This document shows positions 1 to 12,716 of a stretch of DNA of 64,000 bases, piece after piece; position 1 is the stretch's first letter, and the number at the start of each line of letters is the position of its first letter. Location: the NCBI RefSeq assembly GCF_006345805.1, contig NC_043006.1, forward strand, positions 77,934,001-77,998,000. Reading direction: 5' to 3'. The position numbers were made by a program, and so were the translations under genes. Source of the DNA: Octopus sinensis. Its lineage: Eukaryota. Under the pieces are notes generated by a model. That model saw only the letters and a list, made by a program, of their open reading frames with translations, did not search any database and was not told the DNA's origin.

Positions 1-456
1 GAAAGATGGCAGAATCCCCAAGGACATACTCTACGGAGAGCTTGCTAGGGGTACTAGGTCTGTGGGTAGACCGATCTTGCGTTACAAGGATGTTTGCAAA
101 AGGGATATGAAGGCCTGCAACATCAACATTAGCGGTTGGGAGGCAGTCGCCGGCAACCGTGGAGAATGGCGACGTACAGTAAAAGAGGGTATACAGAGGA
201 GTGACAGAAAGAGAGAGGAGAAATGGAAAGAAAGGAAGAGACATAAACAAGAGACCATGGCACTACAATCAGCCAGGAACAGTCTTCGCTACATTTGCAG
301 TACCTGCCAGAGGGAGTGTTTGTCCAGGATAGGACTACACAGCCACAGCAATAAATGTAACAGGAAATAAAATATAACAGCCGGGCTAGACCTAAAAAAA
401 AAAAAAAAAAAAAATGCGCAACTCCATTGTCTCCCGAGACAGAAAGGATGCCAAAC
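1..456 (+). mobile_element. 3' end of an RTE-clade LINE (ORF2 C-terminus plus 3' UTR), running in from the window edge
   Basis: Frame 2 reads KDGRIPKDILYGELARGTRSVGRPILRYKDVCKRDMK...YICSTCQRECLSRIGLHSHSNKC* (stop at 370), the typical RTE ORF2 tail with a terminal C2H2-like knuckle. The 3' UTR has the TGTCTC-CC-GAGACA stem-loop (428-441) and AGGATGCC, then a (TA)n tail. Confidence 0.9.
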
Positions 457-646
<190 letters not shown>

Positions 647-649
647 GTA

Positions 650-1023
650 GGCGTAGGTGTGGCTGTGTGGTAAGTAACTTGCTTACAAACCACATTGTTC
701 CGGGTTCAGTCTTATTGCGTGGCACCTTAGGCAAGTGCTTTCTACTATAACCTCGGGTCGACCAAAGCCTTGTGAGTGGATTTGGTAGACAGAAACTAAA
801 AGGAGTCCATCGTATATATGTATATATAAATATGCTGCGTGTGTGTATACGTTTGTGTGTCTGTGTTTGTCTTCCCCTCCCCACCAGCATATCTTGACAA
901 CCGATGCTTTTGTGTTTACGTCCCCGTAACTTAGCGGTTCGGCAAAAAAGACAGATAGAATAAGTACTAGGCTTACGAAGAATAAGTCCTGGGGTTGATT
1001 TGCTCGACTAAAGGCGGTGCTCC
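650..1023 (+). mobile_element. tRNA-derived SINE, family A
   Basis: Head GGCGTAGGTGTGGCTGTGTGGTAAG...GGTTCAGTC with pol III A/B-box-like motifs, a GCACCTTAGGCAAGTG block, an internal TA/TG tract and the 3' block CCGTAACTTAGCGGTTCGGCAAAA...AAGGCGGTGCTCC. Shared with more than 8 other copies in the window. Confidence 0.9.
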
Positions 1024-1191
1024 TAGAGATCGTGGGTTCGAATCTGAGACCGTCCGACAGAAAATAATGGTGAACTTCTCCTGACTCTTTCGCCACAACT
1101 TTCTCTCACACATTCTTCCCCACCAGCCGCTATGCTTGATCACGAAATCCAGAAGTTTTTATGTTCTCTTTCGGTTAATTTTCTTTTATTC

Positions 1192-1227
1192 CTTTCTGTT
1201 GAAGAGCGTCGGCTCGAAGCATAAAAG
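1192..1227 (+). ncRNA. Minimal type-I hammerhead-ribozyme-like motif (PLE terminal fragment), degenerate
   Basis: CTTT-CTGTTGA-A-GAGC-GTCG-GCTC-GAAG-CA-T-A-AAAG: stem I CTTT/AAAG, stem II GAGC/GCTC. A homologous 36-nt copy lies at 14080-14115 on the minus strand. Confidence 0.5.
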
Positions 1228-3419
1228 ACTTACTTTTCTGAGCGTCAAACTAATTCACGTGCTTATTATTCATACACCTGTATTCTTCATTTGTTTTTCT
1301 TTAAATTTCAAATTATATATATATATATATATAAATGCTTTAGGTGCGAATGGTTGTTATACGTTGCCGAGTTTACAATAGTGTACATAATAATAATAAT
1401 GTTATTTTTATATAAGCTTAAATGTTATGGCGATCACTGTGCAACTGTGCAATGACTAAGGAAAATAGTCTAGCACAGGGGCATAAAGACCTCGAAAGAA
1501 AAAAAGGTTTTCTTATCCGCGAAAGCCATCTTTTTTCTGTCGCAGTCTTATATGCCGCTTTATTAGACTATATCCTTAGTCATTTCTCGGTTATCATCAT
1601 AAGCTTTAAGTTTTTATATATATATATATATGGTAGTTGATCTCTTGATGTGACTAAGAAGGTGCCTGGTAATATTTGTTCTTTAAATTGCCCACTAAAA
1701 TATACGAAATGACAAATGTCCGTGCTATACAGCATTACATTTTACCAGTAATAACCTGTGGATAATCCCCAATGTCAAAACCTTTAGATATATATCATGA
1801 TCTTATTATTTATGGAAAACTTTCCAATATAGTCATCGATGACGCTGTGTAGTTACTGGAATAACTACAAATCATAGACACGTTCACCCTCAAATCACAT
1901 ATTATGAGAAATGTAAGACATACAGCGACAATATGTTGTTATTAAATTGCATGTGAAATGTAATTTCGGTATCGTAGCTCCTGAAACTTCTTTCAGTACT
2001 GTCTTCAACTGGAACTACATAAAAAGCGGTTTTATGCAATGTAAAATATCTTATCAGTATTTGGTTGTGGGTGCGAGTGTGATGATTTTATTTCCGTTTT
2101 TGAAAAGAGGAATCAATTAACAATCGCTTATATTTGAAATACTCGGAAAGAGAAAACTCAGGTGTGTACCAAAATCAGACTAGAATTAAATATTTGGTAG
2201 TAAGATTGTAAAGGTTCTAGAAATTTAGGCACCATCAAATAGATCAGTACTTGCATAAATGACATCGGTAATATGTCTGATTAGCTGAATATGTGTGAAT
2301 GCGAGTATGTTCGCGATTTGACTGGGTACATCATTCTGGTTATTTATCTACACACACACACACATACTGATACATATACAGTGAGTGTATTTCTCCGTGT
2401 ATACATATGTGTGCGTGCGTGTGTGTGTGTAATATGTTCTATTTTAAAGTACCCATTGAAACTCTGGTGCTGGAATAAATATTCAGACGATCAGTTTTCT
2501 ATAATAGTAAATTAAGCTCAGACTAAGGAAGATAAATAATTATTTAACTTACCGCAGGGAAAACTTAACGTAAGGTTATCAGAGGCTATATCCTTTAGCC
2601 ATGTTTAAAATCACAAACTCGTTTACAAACAGACCAGTCAATCGATCGACTAACCTTTTCCAGCCAAAATTACGTTGCGTATGTGATTATGTGTATGAAT
2701 CCGTGTCAGTGTATACGAACGTGTATATCTGTATGTGTGGGAATGCTATCTAAAATGGATGCCTTTCAACGTTCGATCGTTCAGGCTATATTACTATTGA
2801 GCTAAACAATGGCAGCGCTAATTTGAATTCTCATAAGCCTCATAATTTAGAAAGATAGCCAGAATCGTAACGGAAATCTGATATCAACTTTCCTATTTAG
2901 CTTGCGATCATTACTACACACCCATCTTACATTGCAATAAGATCTATTATGGAGCCGAAAACGTTTTTAAACAACGAAAATAATGTAGTAGTCATACTAG
3001 TGCACAAATCTATCAGAGTATTCTCCTTTCGCCCAGCAGTTTGAACTTGATAAAGCGATCACGAATGATACCCTTTGAAGATCATGTGGCAGAGATGGAG
3101 TATTTGACACATCAAAGGTATACTGATCATGACATTGATGAGCTAACATGATGGGAAGATGAAACGCTTGAATGATTCAAGGACCTTAAAACAACTTCCT
3201 GTAAGTACGCCATGTGCTGAAAAAGAGAAAGCTAATTCGTAACGAATGTCACCAGTACCTCTTAACGGACATCTCGTTTAAGGACAGTGATTGTAATAAC
3301 TATACTGAAAGGAATATGGAATTATGCGAATGCCATTATGAAAAACAAAATCAAATTCCTGTATTCAATGAGAATTCCTTTATTCCTCTGCGCATGCAAA
3401 ACCTAAACTCACACGGCAG

Positions 3420-3745
3420 AGAGTAAGAGGACGATAAAGGCTTCAGAAATGATACACTACTGTAAAATATACGTAGACCACAAAAAGAGTACGTAGTATC
3501 GTATTGGCTCAACCATGAAGATCGCACAACGCTAAAAAACAAAATGGCGTAGGTGGCATGACCATGTAACAAGATCGAATGACCTTGCAAAGGCCACATA
3601 CAAAGGAACCGTAGAGGGAAAGGAACAGAGGTACAGAGAGTAAAAATGAACAAACAACATCAAGGAAAGGACAGGTAAATCTTTCGCGGTGAACAGAGCA
3701 GTAGCAGAAACTGCGACTTATAGAACAAACTGGTAAAAGGACTTC
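3420..3745 (+). mobile_element. Decayed RTE LINE ORF2 C-terminal fragment
   Basis: Reads ...KWRRWHDHVTRSNDLAKATYKGTVEG...NNIKERTG, resembling the RTE motif LRWYGHVSRS.GLAK.ILQGTV.G...W.DNIKEWTG; contains stops. Confidence 0.6.
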
Positions 3746-3749
3746 AAGT

Positions 3750-4558
3750 TAGCCAGAAAACTGCATGCGATTAGTAAATGAAAAAGGCTCGACAAATGGG
3801 TACGACAGGATTTGAGTGAAAAGCAGAAAATGCGCAGATATGAAATTTACTCGTCGCCTCTTCTCCGTAACCAGACCGATCCATTTCTCGGCCATATTGT
3901 AACGTCCGATGAGAGGTGGTCTCTGTACAATAATAAACAACGTTATCCGCAGTGAGTGGACCAAAATGAAGCACCAAAAACCTTCCCTAATGCTGAGTTC
4001 TTCAAAAAGAAGGTTATGGTGACTGTTTGGTGGTTTAGCGCTGGGCTCATCCACTATAGCATCTTAAAATCCAGAAAAAAACACTACTGCAGGAATTTAT
4101 TTCCATGAAATTGCTAAAGGGAACCAAAACCTGCTACCCCTCCGTCCCAGACTGGCCAACAGAGCAGGGCCAATCACTCTTCATGACAATCAATGCTCGA
4201 CCACACGTTTCACTAATGACTCTCCAGAAGTTGAGGGAACTTGGCTACGAAGTTCTTCGCCACAAAGCTTATTTTCCAGACATTTTCCTACCAACTACCA
4301 CTCTTTCAAGCACATTGATGGTTTCCTGTAAGAGAAGGTGTTAAAAAATCAAACCTATGCAGAAAGTGCATTCAAAGAGTTCATCAGCTACAGAACCCCA
4401 GGTTTTTATGTTACCGAAATAAACAAACTTGTAACTCGTTGACAAAAATGTGTTGATTATAATACTACTTACTTTGATGAATAAAATTTCCGCATTGTTG
4501 AAATATATCGTGATGAATTCCATGCTTCAAAACGTTGCTTACTTTTTATTTAGCCTCA
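3750..4558 (+). mobile_element. 5'-truncated mariner transposon (Hsmar1/cecropia-like transposase pseudogene)
   Basis: Reads LDKWVRQDLSEKQKMRRYEI..LLRNQTDPFLGHIVTSDERW.LYNN...KKVMVTVWWFSAGLIHY, then NARPHVSLMTLQKLRELGYEVL and INKLVTR*QKCVDYNTTYFDE. Putative 3' TIR ...GTTGCTTACTTTTTATTTAGCCTCA followed by TA (4559-4560). Confidence 0.9.
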
Positions 4559-5097
4559 TATACTTGTGTGTATAGACTATTCCTTTAAGTCGACACTGCA
4601 CAATCGGTGTTCTACGCTAAGGAAAATATTCTTTTCAGTGCACGAATTATTTTCCTAGCACCAACAACAATATAAAACATCGGTTATATGTAACAAAATA
4701 TAGAAAGTCATCGTCGTATATATTATGCCTTGCAGCATTGAAATGAAAACCACTCACGAGTGCATTGTCGCCAGGAGTTTGTTGGCTAGAATTTACAAGT
4801 AGATTGTAGTCGAGTTTATAAATCGTGACAAATGACTGAAGTGTACAATGAAGTAGCCCGGTGGGTTGCAATGCCAAAATGTCTTTCAAGTGTTGATATG
4901 TTGAAAATAAGCGGATACTTCTCTATCACAACAAACCGAAAATATTATCAAATGTAATATTGGGCCTGTGGAAATGATGGAGGTATGAGTATATGAATGT
5001 GTATACATATAATTTCATGTATATATATATATATAAATCATATATGTATATATGTAAATGTATGTATGTATATGTATGTATTGTATATATCTATACA

Positions 5098-5106
<9 letters not shown>

Positions 5107-5170
<64 letters not shown>
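5107..5170. repeat. (AAT)n microsatellite
   Basis: About 21 perfect AAT units. Confidence 0.97.
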
Positions 5171-5172
<2 letters not shown>

Positions 5173-5262
5173 GGGTAAAATTAATTAATTAATTAATAAT
5201 TAATAATTTTACCAAGAAGTTCGGTATGTTAAAAGAACCGTTATCGGTAAATTTATACATAA

Positions 5263-5449
5263 AATTTTATAATTAAGAGTATAATTATAATTAGGGTTCA
5301 ATCTAACTATTTCACTACTATAAAAAAATCTCCCAGATCTCTTATAGTAGTGAAATAGTTAGTTTTAACTATTATTTCTAAATTGCGATATGTGGTGACC
5401 CAAATTTTTGCTGAACCCTAATTATAATTATACTCATAATTATAAAATT
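5263..5449. repeat. Nested inverted-repeat element (MITE-like)
   Basis: Outer arms 5263-5300 and 5412-5449 (38 bp, 1 mismatch). Inner perfect 21-bp hairpin 5303-5323 / 5342-5362 with an 18-nt loop. Confidence 0.85.
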
Positions 5450-5470
5450 ATATGGTATGTATCGGTATCC

Positions 5471-5502
<32 letters not shown>

Positions 5503-6859
5503 TCTAGATCCATCACGGAAAGCCAGATTACTGCAGTATTCGCACTGAGATAATTTCTCTTACAGGCGTACAGTGTTAAAACAATAAATATATCAGAAGC
5601 AGAAGAGAATCTTTCCGCAGTGATAGTGGTCTTGCTAGGGGCGTATTTCTTCTTCTCTGAGTTTCGTCAGTAGCCAGTAGTCACTGGAAACCGCATGCTA
5701 AACACATGAATCCAGCGTCACTGATATAAAAACCAAGCGAGTGAAAAATCCCTGATGTTGTAATTAACCATACCACTGCATAAAAGTTCGTTATTTGCAG
5801 TATTCTCAGTATTATCTTAAAATAGCAATCTATGTATAAAACTTAGAAGAGGTACGTCATGGAAAGCAAAAATACTGCTATACTCCGGAGATAACATCAT
5901 TTATAGACATACAGTTTTAAAACAAATACGTATATGAATAACAGGTAAAAATCAACCAGCAACGGCAGTGGCATCCCAAATGTAGATTTCTGTCCCCCTG
6001 AGCTTTATCGGTAGAAATTACCCACATGCAGCCTCATACTAAGGCAAAATCCATCATCACTGATATAGAAAAACTGTGATTGAAAATTAACATTTCCTTG
6101 TTTACGACGACAGAGGTAATATTAGTTTTAAATATACTAGCAAACCTGCCCGTCTGTGATGGAGGCATACAGTGAAGGAGGGAAGTCTTAACGGCAGTAT
6201 TTATTGAGAAATGTGTAAATAGACTTCATAGGTTACTGAGTGATGTCTTAGAGAAATCGCATTATTTTTGGTGATACAGCATTCTATTGCAGCTATATGG
6301 TATGTTTGCGGCTAAGTCAAAGGTGATGACGATTCACTCTCGAACTAAGGTAGGATCTCAGCCTCTGCACCATGAATGTGGGCCACTTCTAACGGAAGCC
6401 AGATCTTCCTTCGACTACTACGTAAAACGTATTAGGAAACAAATATGTTATATAAATATACTTTTATTTTAGTTGTTTACACTATTTTACGCTTGTTTAT
6501 ACTCTTATACAATCAAATTTCGCAAATTTCCTTTTTTAGATTATGATTAGTATTCCTTTTGATAATATCAATATGATTACAATATTTCATTGTAGACGAT
6601 ATTTTCTGTTTGGTCGACACTAATTTTCAAATTACTGGAGTCCGAGTCTCTACTCTTAGCGACCTATAACGTAAACATCAGACTGAGTACAAATACACCT
6701 ACATGATCTAAAGTCTGGTCCTTTGCCTTGTTTGTTGTGAATGCGCGAGCAGAATCATTAAGGTTACAAAAAATCAAACTAAGACTTACTTCTCACTGTT
6801 CTATACGAATAATGTCTGGATTTTCTAGTACCATGGATTATTTGGATAGACAAATGTGA

Positions 6860-7130
6860 GATGTAAACAACAGTCACTTCAATTCGCCGTTTCAATTCCT
6901 GCTCAAAATAACAGAAAAGCAGTAAGAATACAAACCAGAGGCTGTGATACAAAATAAGAATTATAAATCTATGTGGGACTGCTCCATAAACACTGACCAG
7001 ACTACTGAAACAAGATGACCAGATACAATTAAAAAATAAACAAAGATGTAGGATCATAGATTTTACAATTTCCTGAGAGAAGATTCGATACCAAAGAAAT
7101 CGGAAAAGTTTAGAAATATCAGGATTGGAA
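6860..7130 (+). mobile_element. Decayed fragment of an RLE-type LINE (R4/Dong/NeSL-like), endonuclease region
   Basis: Reads EYKPEAVIQNKNYKSMWDCSINTDQTTETR*PD, resembling the R4/Dong motif EHKPE.V.EN....LWD..I.TD..I..NRPD. Confidence 0.55.
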
Positions 7131-8480
7131 TTTAAACTCTCGCTGTCGTCATGTACAGACGTACCATCGTAAGGAAGTTTCTGGAGATTTGACAAAACTT
7201 GTTACCATACCCCAAAATTATATACTTGCTTAATTAGTATAGACAAGCATCATAATAATAATAGCATTAATAACAACAGCAACATTTTCTAATTTAAGTA
7301 CAATGTCAACAATTTTAACGAGAGGGATTGGTTGATATCATTAACTCCAATATTTGATTGGTACTGTATTTAATTAATGCCGAAGTGATGACAGGCAAAG
7401 TCGGCTTCGAGGGAAATGGAACTCCGAACGAAAGAAATGCCACTAAGCATATCGTACAACTGTCAATCGATTCAGCCAATCCAATGCCTTGATAATGATA
7501 ATAATTATAACTATTTCCGATTGGGTGAAAGGCCAGCAATTTGGAAGAGAGATAGAGAGAGAGAGGGGAGAGAGAGGGAGGGAGAGAGAGAGAGAGAGAT
7601 GAAGAGAGAGAGAGAGAGGAATAGTCGATAATTTAGACCCAAATATTTGACTGCAATTTTACTTTATTAAGCTTTGAAGGATGAATGTCAATGATAACCT
7701 CGGCAGAATTTGAACGCCGGACCTAAGAAGCCGGAACAAATATTGCAAAGCATTGATTCCAACGCCCTAACAAGTCTAATAAATAAGAAAATATTATGTG
7801 TATACCCAATACTGTGTGTACTATAATGATTATTGAATACACCGTACGTAAGATTAAATTGTAAAATAAAGTGTATTAAAATTATTTTAAAAATACTATT
7901 CGTGCAAAAGCATTAGCTACAAAATTTACATAACGTTCTCTAGAGATAATAGGCCCATACATATATGTGTATAAAATTTCGTGTATTTCAGCCATAAAAA
8001 TTAGTCTATAATGTATGTGTGATAAATTTTAAAAGCGTGTTAAAAACATTCAAGCTTTCACAACGTAATTTGTGCATCGCATTAACTATAGAAATACAAA
8101 TTTCTTACGATAAATTCATACAGGGAAAATGTGTATATAAAATAGTTTCCATTAGACTTTTTTTTTTAATACACCAAATTAAATGTACATGTAATTAAAT
8201 TGCAAACAAAATATAACAATTCAAAACCGTAGAAGAGGAATAAGTGTGCGTAAGCTTTTTATACGCAGGACAGCAGCAAAAGACTACACCAAAAAGCGTG
8301 AGGGAAATACGCAATTATAATGGAGTTATTTAGTGAGGAAAATTACAATGGACAAAATGTGGAAGGTCAGAAGTGATGTTTAAAATTAGTGTTGGGACAG
8401 GACAAGTAGCTTTTCACAGGCGGAAATCTGCCAGTGCAACATCAACATAGATCAGCAATAGCAATGCTAAAAAAAAATAG

Positions 8481-8894
8481 GGATCTTTTCAGTTTGAACG
8501 GCAGTTTTTCTAGCAGTGTCATGAAATTGTCACCCATAATTATGACCCTAGTATCGAACTATTGCATTTCAATCTGTTTTAGGGTTAGGGTTAGTTAGGG
8601 TTAGGGAAGGGTATTTTTTCTTCAAAAATGTAAATAAACCCAATCTGTCTCTTAAACGAGGGGCATATTAATACGGCACAGAATGTTTTTTTACCTCAAT
8701 AGACGTCAGTGATTGGTTGAAATTGCAGAAATTGAAGAAAAAAAACAACAAATATCTTACAAACTATAGAATGTTCTCAATAAAGCCAAAAGGAAAAGAT
8801 GTTTTATAAACACATTCTACCAGTATTAGAAGTTTAAAATTTTTTAGTTACCTAGAATTTATGTTAAAAACTGCCGTTCAAACCGAAAAGATCC
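8481..8894. mobile_element. 414-bp MITE with 29-bp TIRs, 8-bp TSD and an internal (TTAGGG)n tract
   Basis: Left TIR GGATCTTTTCAGTTTGAACGGCAGTTTTT (8481-8509) matches right TIR 8866-8894 with 1 mismatch. AAAAATAG sits directly on both flanks (8473-8480, 8895-8902). Four TTAGGG units at 8579-8606. Confidence 0.9.
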
Positions 8895-9534
8895 AAAAAT
8901 AGCATCATTTGACCAATCAAACACCTGATGCTGAACGTACGCTGCCTTTTACCTTATCGGAACCAAATAATTAATGAGAATTCAATTGAAAATCTCGTTT
9001 CAGTGTTAACAAAGTGGTACTCGTACTTAATCAAAATATAAGATTGTACCAATGATTTCACATGACGATTGACATGAAGTGGGTAATCTGGAGGAGAGAT
9101 TCAGCTTAAGGTTTGAATAAGACGTATTAGTGAGCATTATAGGACTGTGAATTCTGCGTAAAATAATTGCGTTCAGTGTTTACTTGATTGATAATTTATT
9201 CGGCCGATTGGACAATATTTGGAATCGAATCATTGAGTGTAATATATATCGCTCAAGGAATTATGTACGTCTTGACACAAAAAGAAAAATGCACACACAC
9301 ATACATACATTCTCTCGTTCACTCTTTCTCTCATTCTCTCCCTCACTCTCTCTCTATCTCTCTCACTCTCTCTCTCACACATTTTCTCTCAAACAGACAA
9401 ATACACACACGCACACTCTCACTCTCTCTGACACACTCAAATTCTCTCCCACACACACAAATACACACACGTGTGTAGGTATGTGTTTGTTCGTGCGTGT
9501 GTATGTGTAAATTTATACGTGTTTGTACCAGTAT

Positions 9535-9935
9535 GGTAAGAAGCTTATTTTCCAAGCAGATGGTTCTCTGTTCAGGCACACTGGGCAGCACTTGGGGTGT
9601 CTTCTCCTATAGACTCAGGCCGAACAAAGCGTTCTTTGTGAATTTATTAGATGGAGGATGCCTTGTGTATATATATGTGTGCGTATGTGTGTCTTTGTCT
9701 GTGTGTGTCTGTGTGTGTGTCTGTGTTTGTGTCTGTGTTTGTCCCCAATCACCGCTTGTCATCCGATGATAGAGTGTTTCCGTCCGCGTAACTTAGCGGT
9801 TCGGCAATAGTCATCGATAGATTAAATACTAGGCTTCAAAAAATAAAATAATTCTTGGGCTCTAATTGTTCGAAAGAAACCTTTTAAGGCTGTGTCCCTG
9901 TATAGCTACAGTTATATAATTGAAACACGCAGATG
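9535..9935 (+). mobile_element. SINE family A, diverged copy
   Basis: Same colinear blocks as 650-1023 (GGTAAGAAGCTT..., CGTAACTTAGCGGTTCGGCAA, ...TGAAAC). Confidence 0.75.
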
Positions 9936-10267
9936 AAAAAAAAAAGATAAAATATTACACTGAAGAATTACTCAATTTCTTTTAATTGGGTGCAGATGTT
10001 ATTAACTTCAACGAGAAAAGGGTCAACGGTTACTCTAACGTTACAACTTGATCGCTTTCATCAGACTGTAATGAAAACAAATAAACTGAAACTTCAAAGA
10101 AGCTGTCCAATTATTCCTAGTAAACATGTATGCTCCTAAAATATATTATAAGATTATTCTTATGGACAACATAGCACAAAATAAACATTAACAAATACAC
10201 ACACGCACACACATACACACATATGTATGTATGTGTATGTATATATATATATATATAAAGAGAAAGA

Positions 10268-10314
<47 letters not shown>

Positions 10315-11579
10315 ACGTGTGTGTATTGTAAATATTGTTGTGTATATGTGTGTTTGTGGAGGTGGGGTATGTGTGTACAATTTGATTGAAATCTATGTAT
10401 GCATAATGCTCATTTTTGCGTTTATATGTTATCTAATCCCTGAAACAGCTGTAAAAGTGTACTTTGATTTTTTTCTTAGACCTCAACTGTATTTTCCCTT
10501 ATGAAATCTAAGGTAAGATCTACCTATTTCTGCAAGATTATCATGGACTACCTTCCTGCTTTCAACTTAATTATATTTACACATGTATTTGTGCAACTTA
10601 TAACTTAATGTTTTGACTCCATAAATGACTGCTTGTGTATGTGTTTTTATTCATTTTGATTTATTTGCAAATACATGTAGCATGAACAGGTAACACAGCG
10701 TTACAGTACTGCATGTAGAATGTATTTGAATAAAATAGAAAGTCCTGATTAACTGTTAGCTGATGTTTTCTCTGGCTGCTGGCACATATATAGATTAGCT
10801 AACACTACTCAAATTTCCTTGAAAGATTTCCACTGGGAAGCTGAATGAGGTAAAATTAAGTGACAATTGTTTACTATAGGCTATTAGATGCAGGATGGTA
10901 TATTTTTCTGAGACTCTATGTTTCCTGAGAACTACATTATATTAATTGGTAGAAATACATCCAAACAAGTTTTAATCTATAGTTAAGGTAGTTATGAGCT
11001 TAGTGATACGAGAAATTATATTTCGCAAAATATTATGTAGGAGGCAGGAAATGCTATTTATATTTCATTAGCCCTATATTAAGATTTAGGTTTGTTCGTG
11101 TCTAGTGTGAAAGTAAAGTCTAAACAGTGTATTTCACTAAATAGCCTAAATGTGTCTTTTCTAAATCTATGTAAGTCGTATCCACTTATAACTTGTAAGA
11201 GTAATAATCGATCACCTCCGTAAATTAATTTTTTTATTGCATAAAATGTTTTATGGGAAAGATTTCAATAATAATTTCTTATTATTTTGCATATTTTGGA
11301 TATCTTTATAGTTATCGGAAAATTCTCATCCCTTTTCTTTTTGCCTCCGTGGAACTATCAAAACAAAAGAGACTACCTTGCATGCTTTATGTTTGTTTCG
11401 TTCATTTACATGATTGTATTTTCGGACGACAAGCGTACGAAAAGTAAGGGTCATAATGATAGAATGTTGAAATTCAGCAATGTAAATTGATTGAATGACC
11501 AAAGATGTTGGTTGTAGACCTCACAAAATCATACTAAAAGTTCTATACTGATATTTCATAATTCAAGTGGTACTGTATT

Positions 11580-11990
11580 GTTTATTCAAAGAATTACCAT
11601 CTCGAGAATTTGCTTGTTAACTGTTCCTAATTTACGTTTGGCTACTTTATTCAACGTATATTTACGGTTGCTAAAGATAGAGAGTTTATGGTCATTAAGC
11701 GTAATTGCGAGGTTCTCTGAGGCGATGCACTCTAAGGTTGTAGCGATTTCCTTAGCAGCTTGATTTGGTGGCAAGGGGTTTGATGCTAAATTATCTATAA
11801 AATGTTAGTAATATTATTGAATAACGGCTATGTATTTAATATCTACGTTGTAAAGGAATGTATTTCATGAAGTGAAACATGTATTTTCTCCTCTAAAGGG
11901 GTTTAGATTTTGTGCATTTTCCCAAATTTGGCAAATTTTTGCAACGTTCATTAAGTCCAATCGAATGATTCTACGTTTGGTTCTCAGGTG
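11580..11990 (-). mobile_element. Penelope-like element fragment (pre-RT region), decayed
   Basis: Minus ORF NQAAKEIATTLECIASENLAITLNDHKLSIFSNRKYTLNKVAKRKLGTVNKQILE resembles the PLE motif NKEAK.IA....E.LA...AFITLKDHK.NF...CRLINPAKSELG.VSKQIL. The same region is seen at about 59100-59250. Confidence 0.6.
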
Positions 11991-12464
11991 AAGTTTTGCG
12001 TTTTAAAGCAGAATTCACTATCTTCATTATTTACAGGTGTCCTTTTGAGTCTTCTATCTGTCCATCTATCTTTGTTGCTAAACCTTGCTGAGAACCTTGA
12101 TGCAAATACACCCACCGACACACACACACACACAAGAGAATTCAAATATATTTACAAAATACATATGCATATATGCATTATGATTCAATAACATAAAAAT
12201 GTAATGGGAATGTATAAATCCAGCATTAATTAGGATAATCCAGTATTAGACATCCTACAAATTCAACGCTGGACCGAAATAAATGGCAAAAATTTCACAT
12301 TAGTCTTTGCTCGTATAGTTAAAAAAAGACTATGCATCTAATTTGATATCCCTACAGCACTGAAAGAGATATAACTGATATCATATAATAATGGGAGAAT
12401 CATATGGAATAATCACGTCTCATTTTTGATTTTATATGAAAGAACACGCAAAATATAATAGGTA

Positions 12465-12716
12465 CCCGTCTCTTCCCCAAGATAAAAATTCAGCTAGAAG
12501 TTCACCGTTTTAACACCATTCTTGAGAACCAGAGCGAATCGCGGAAGAATCTCGACTTGCTTATGGATACTGTCTTTCCGGGCCAGATTCCAAAAGTGGC
12601 CCGAACACTGGGACCGGAGTATTGCGGCGCAAAGTAGCTATTTCGAAGGAGACGATGATCTATAAGTTATTTTTTATTAAGCATAACCACTCCAGAAACT
12701 TTTTGATACCACCTCG
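12465..12716 (+). mobile_element. Mariner 3' fragment with terminal TIR
   Basis: Reads FPKIKIQLEVHRFNTI...; FQKWPEHWDRSIAAQSSYFEGD. Ends ...CCAGAAACTTTTTGATACCACCTCG|TA, a mariner-type TIR followed by TA. Confidence 0.8.

Noticed and set aside
8579-8606. TTAGGG repeats as a true telomere or chromosome-fusion scar
   Set aside because: Only four units, enclosed by MITE TIRs and a TSD.
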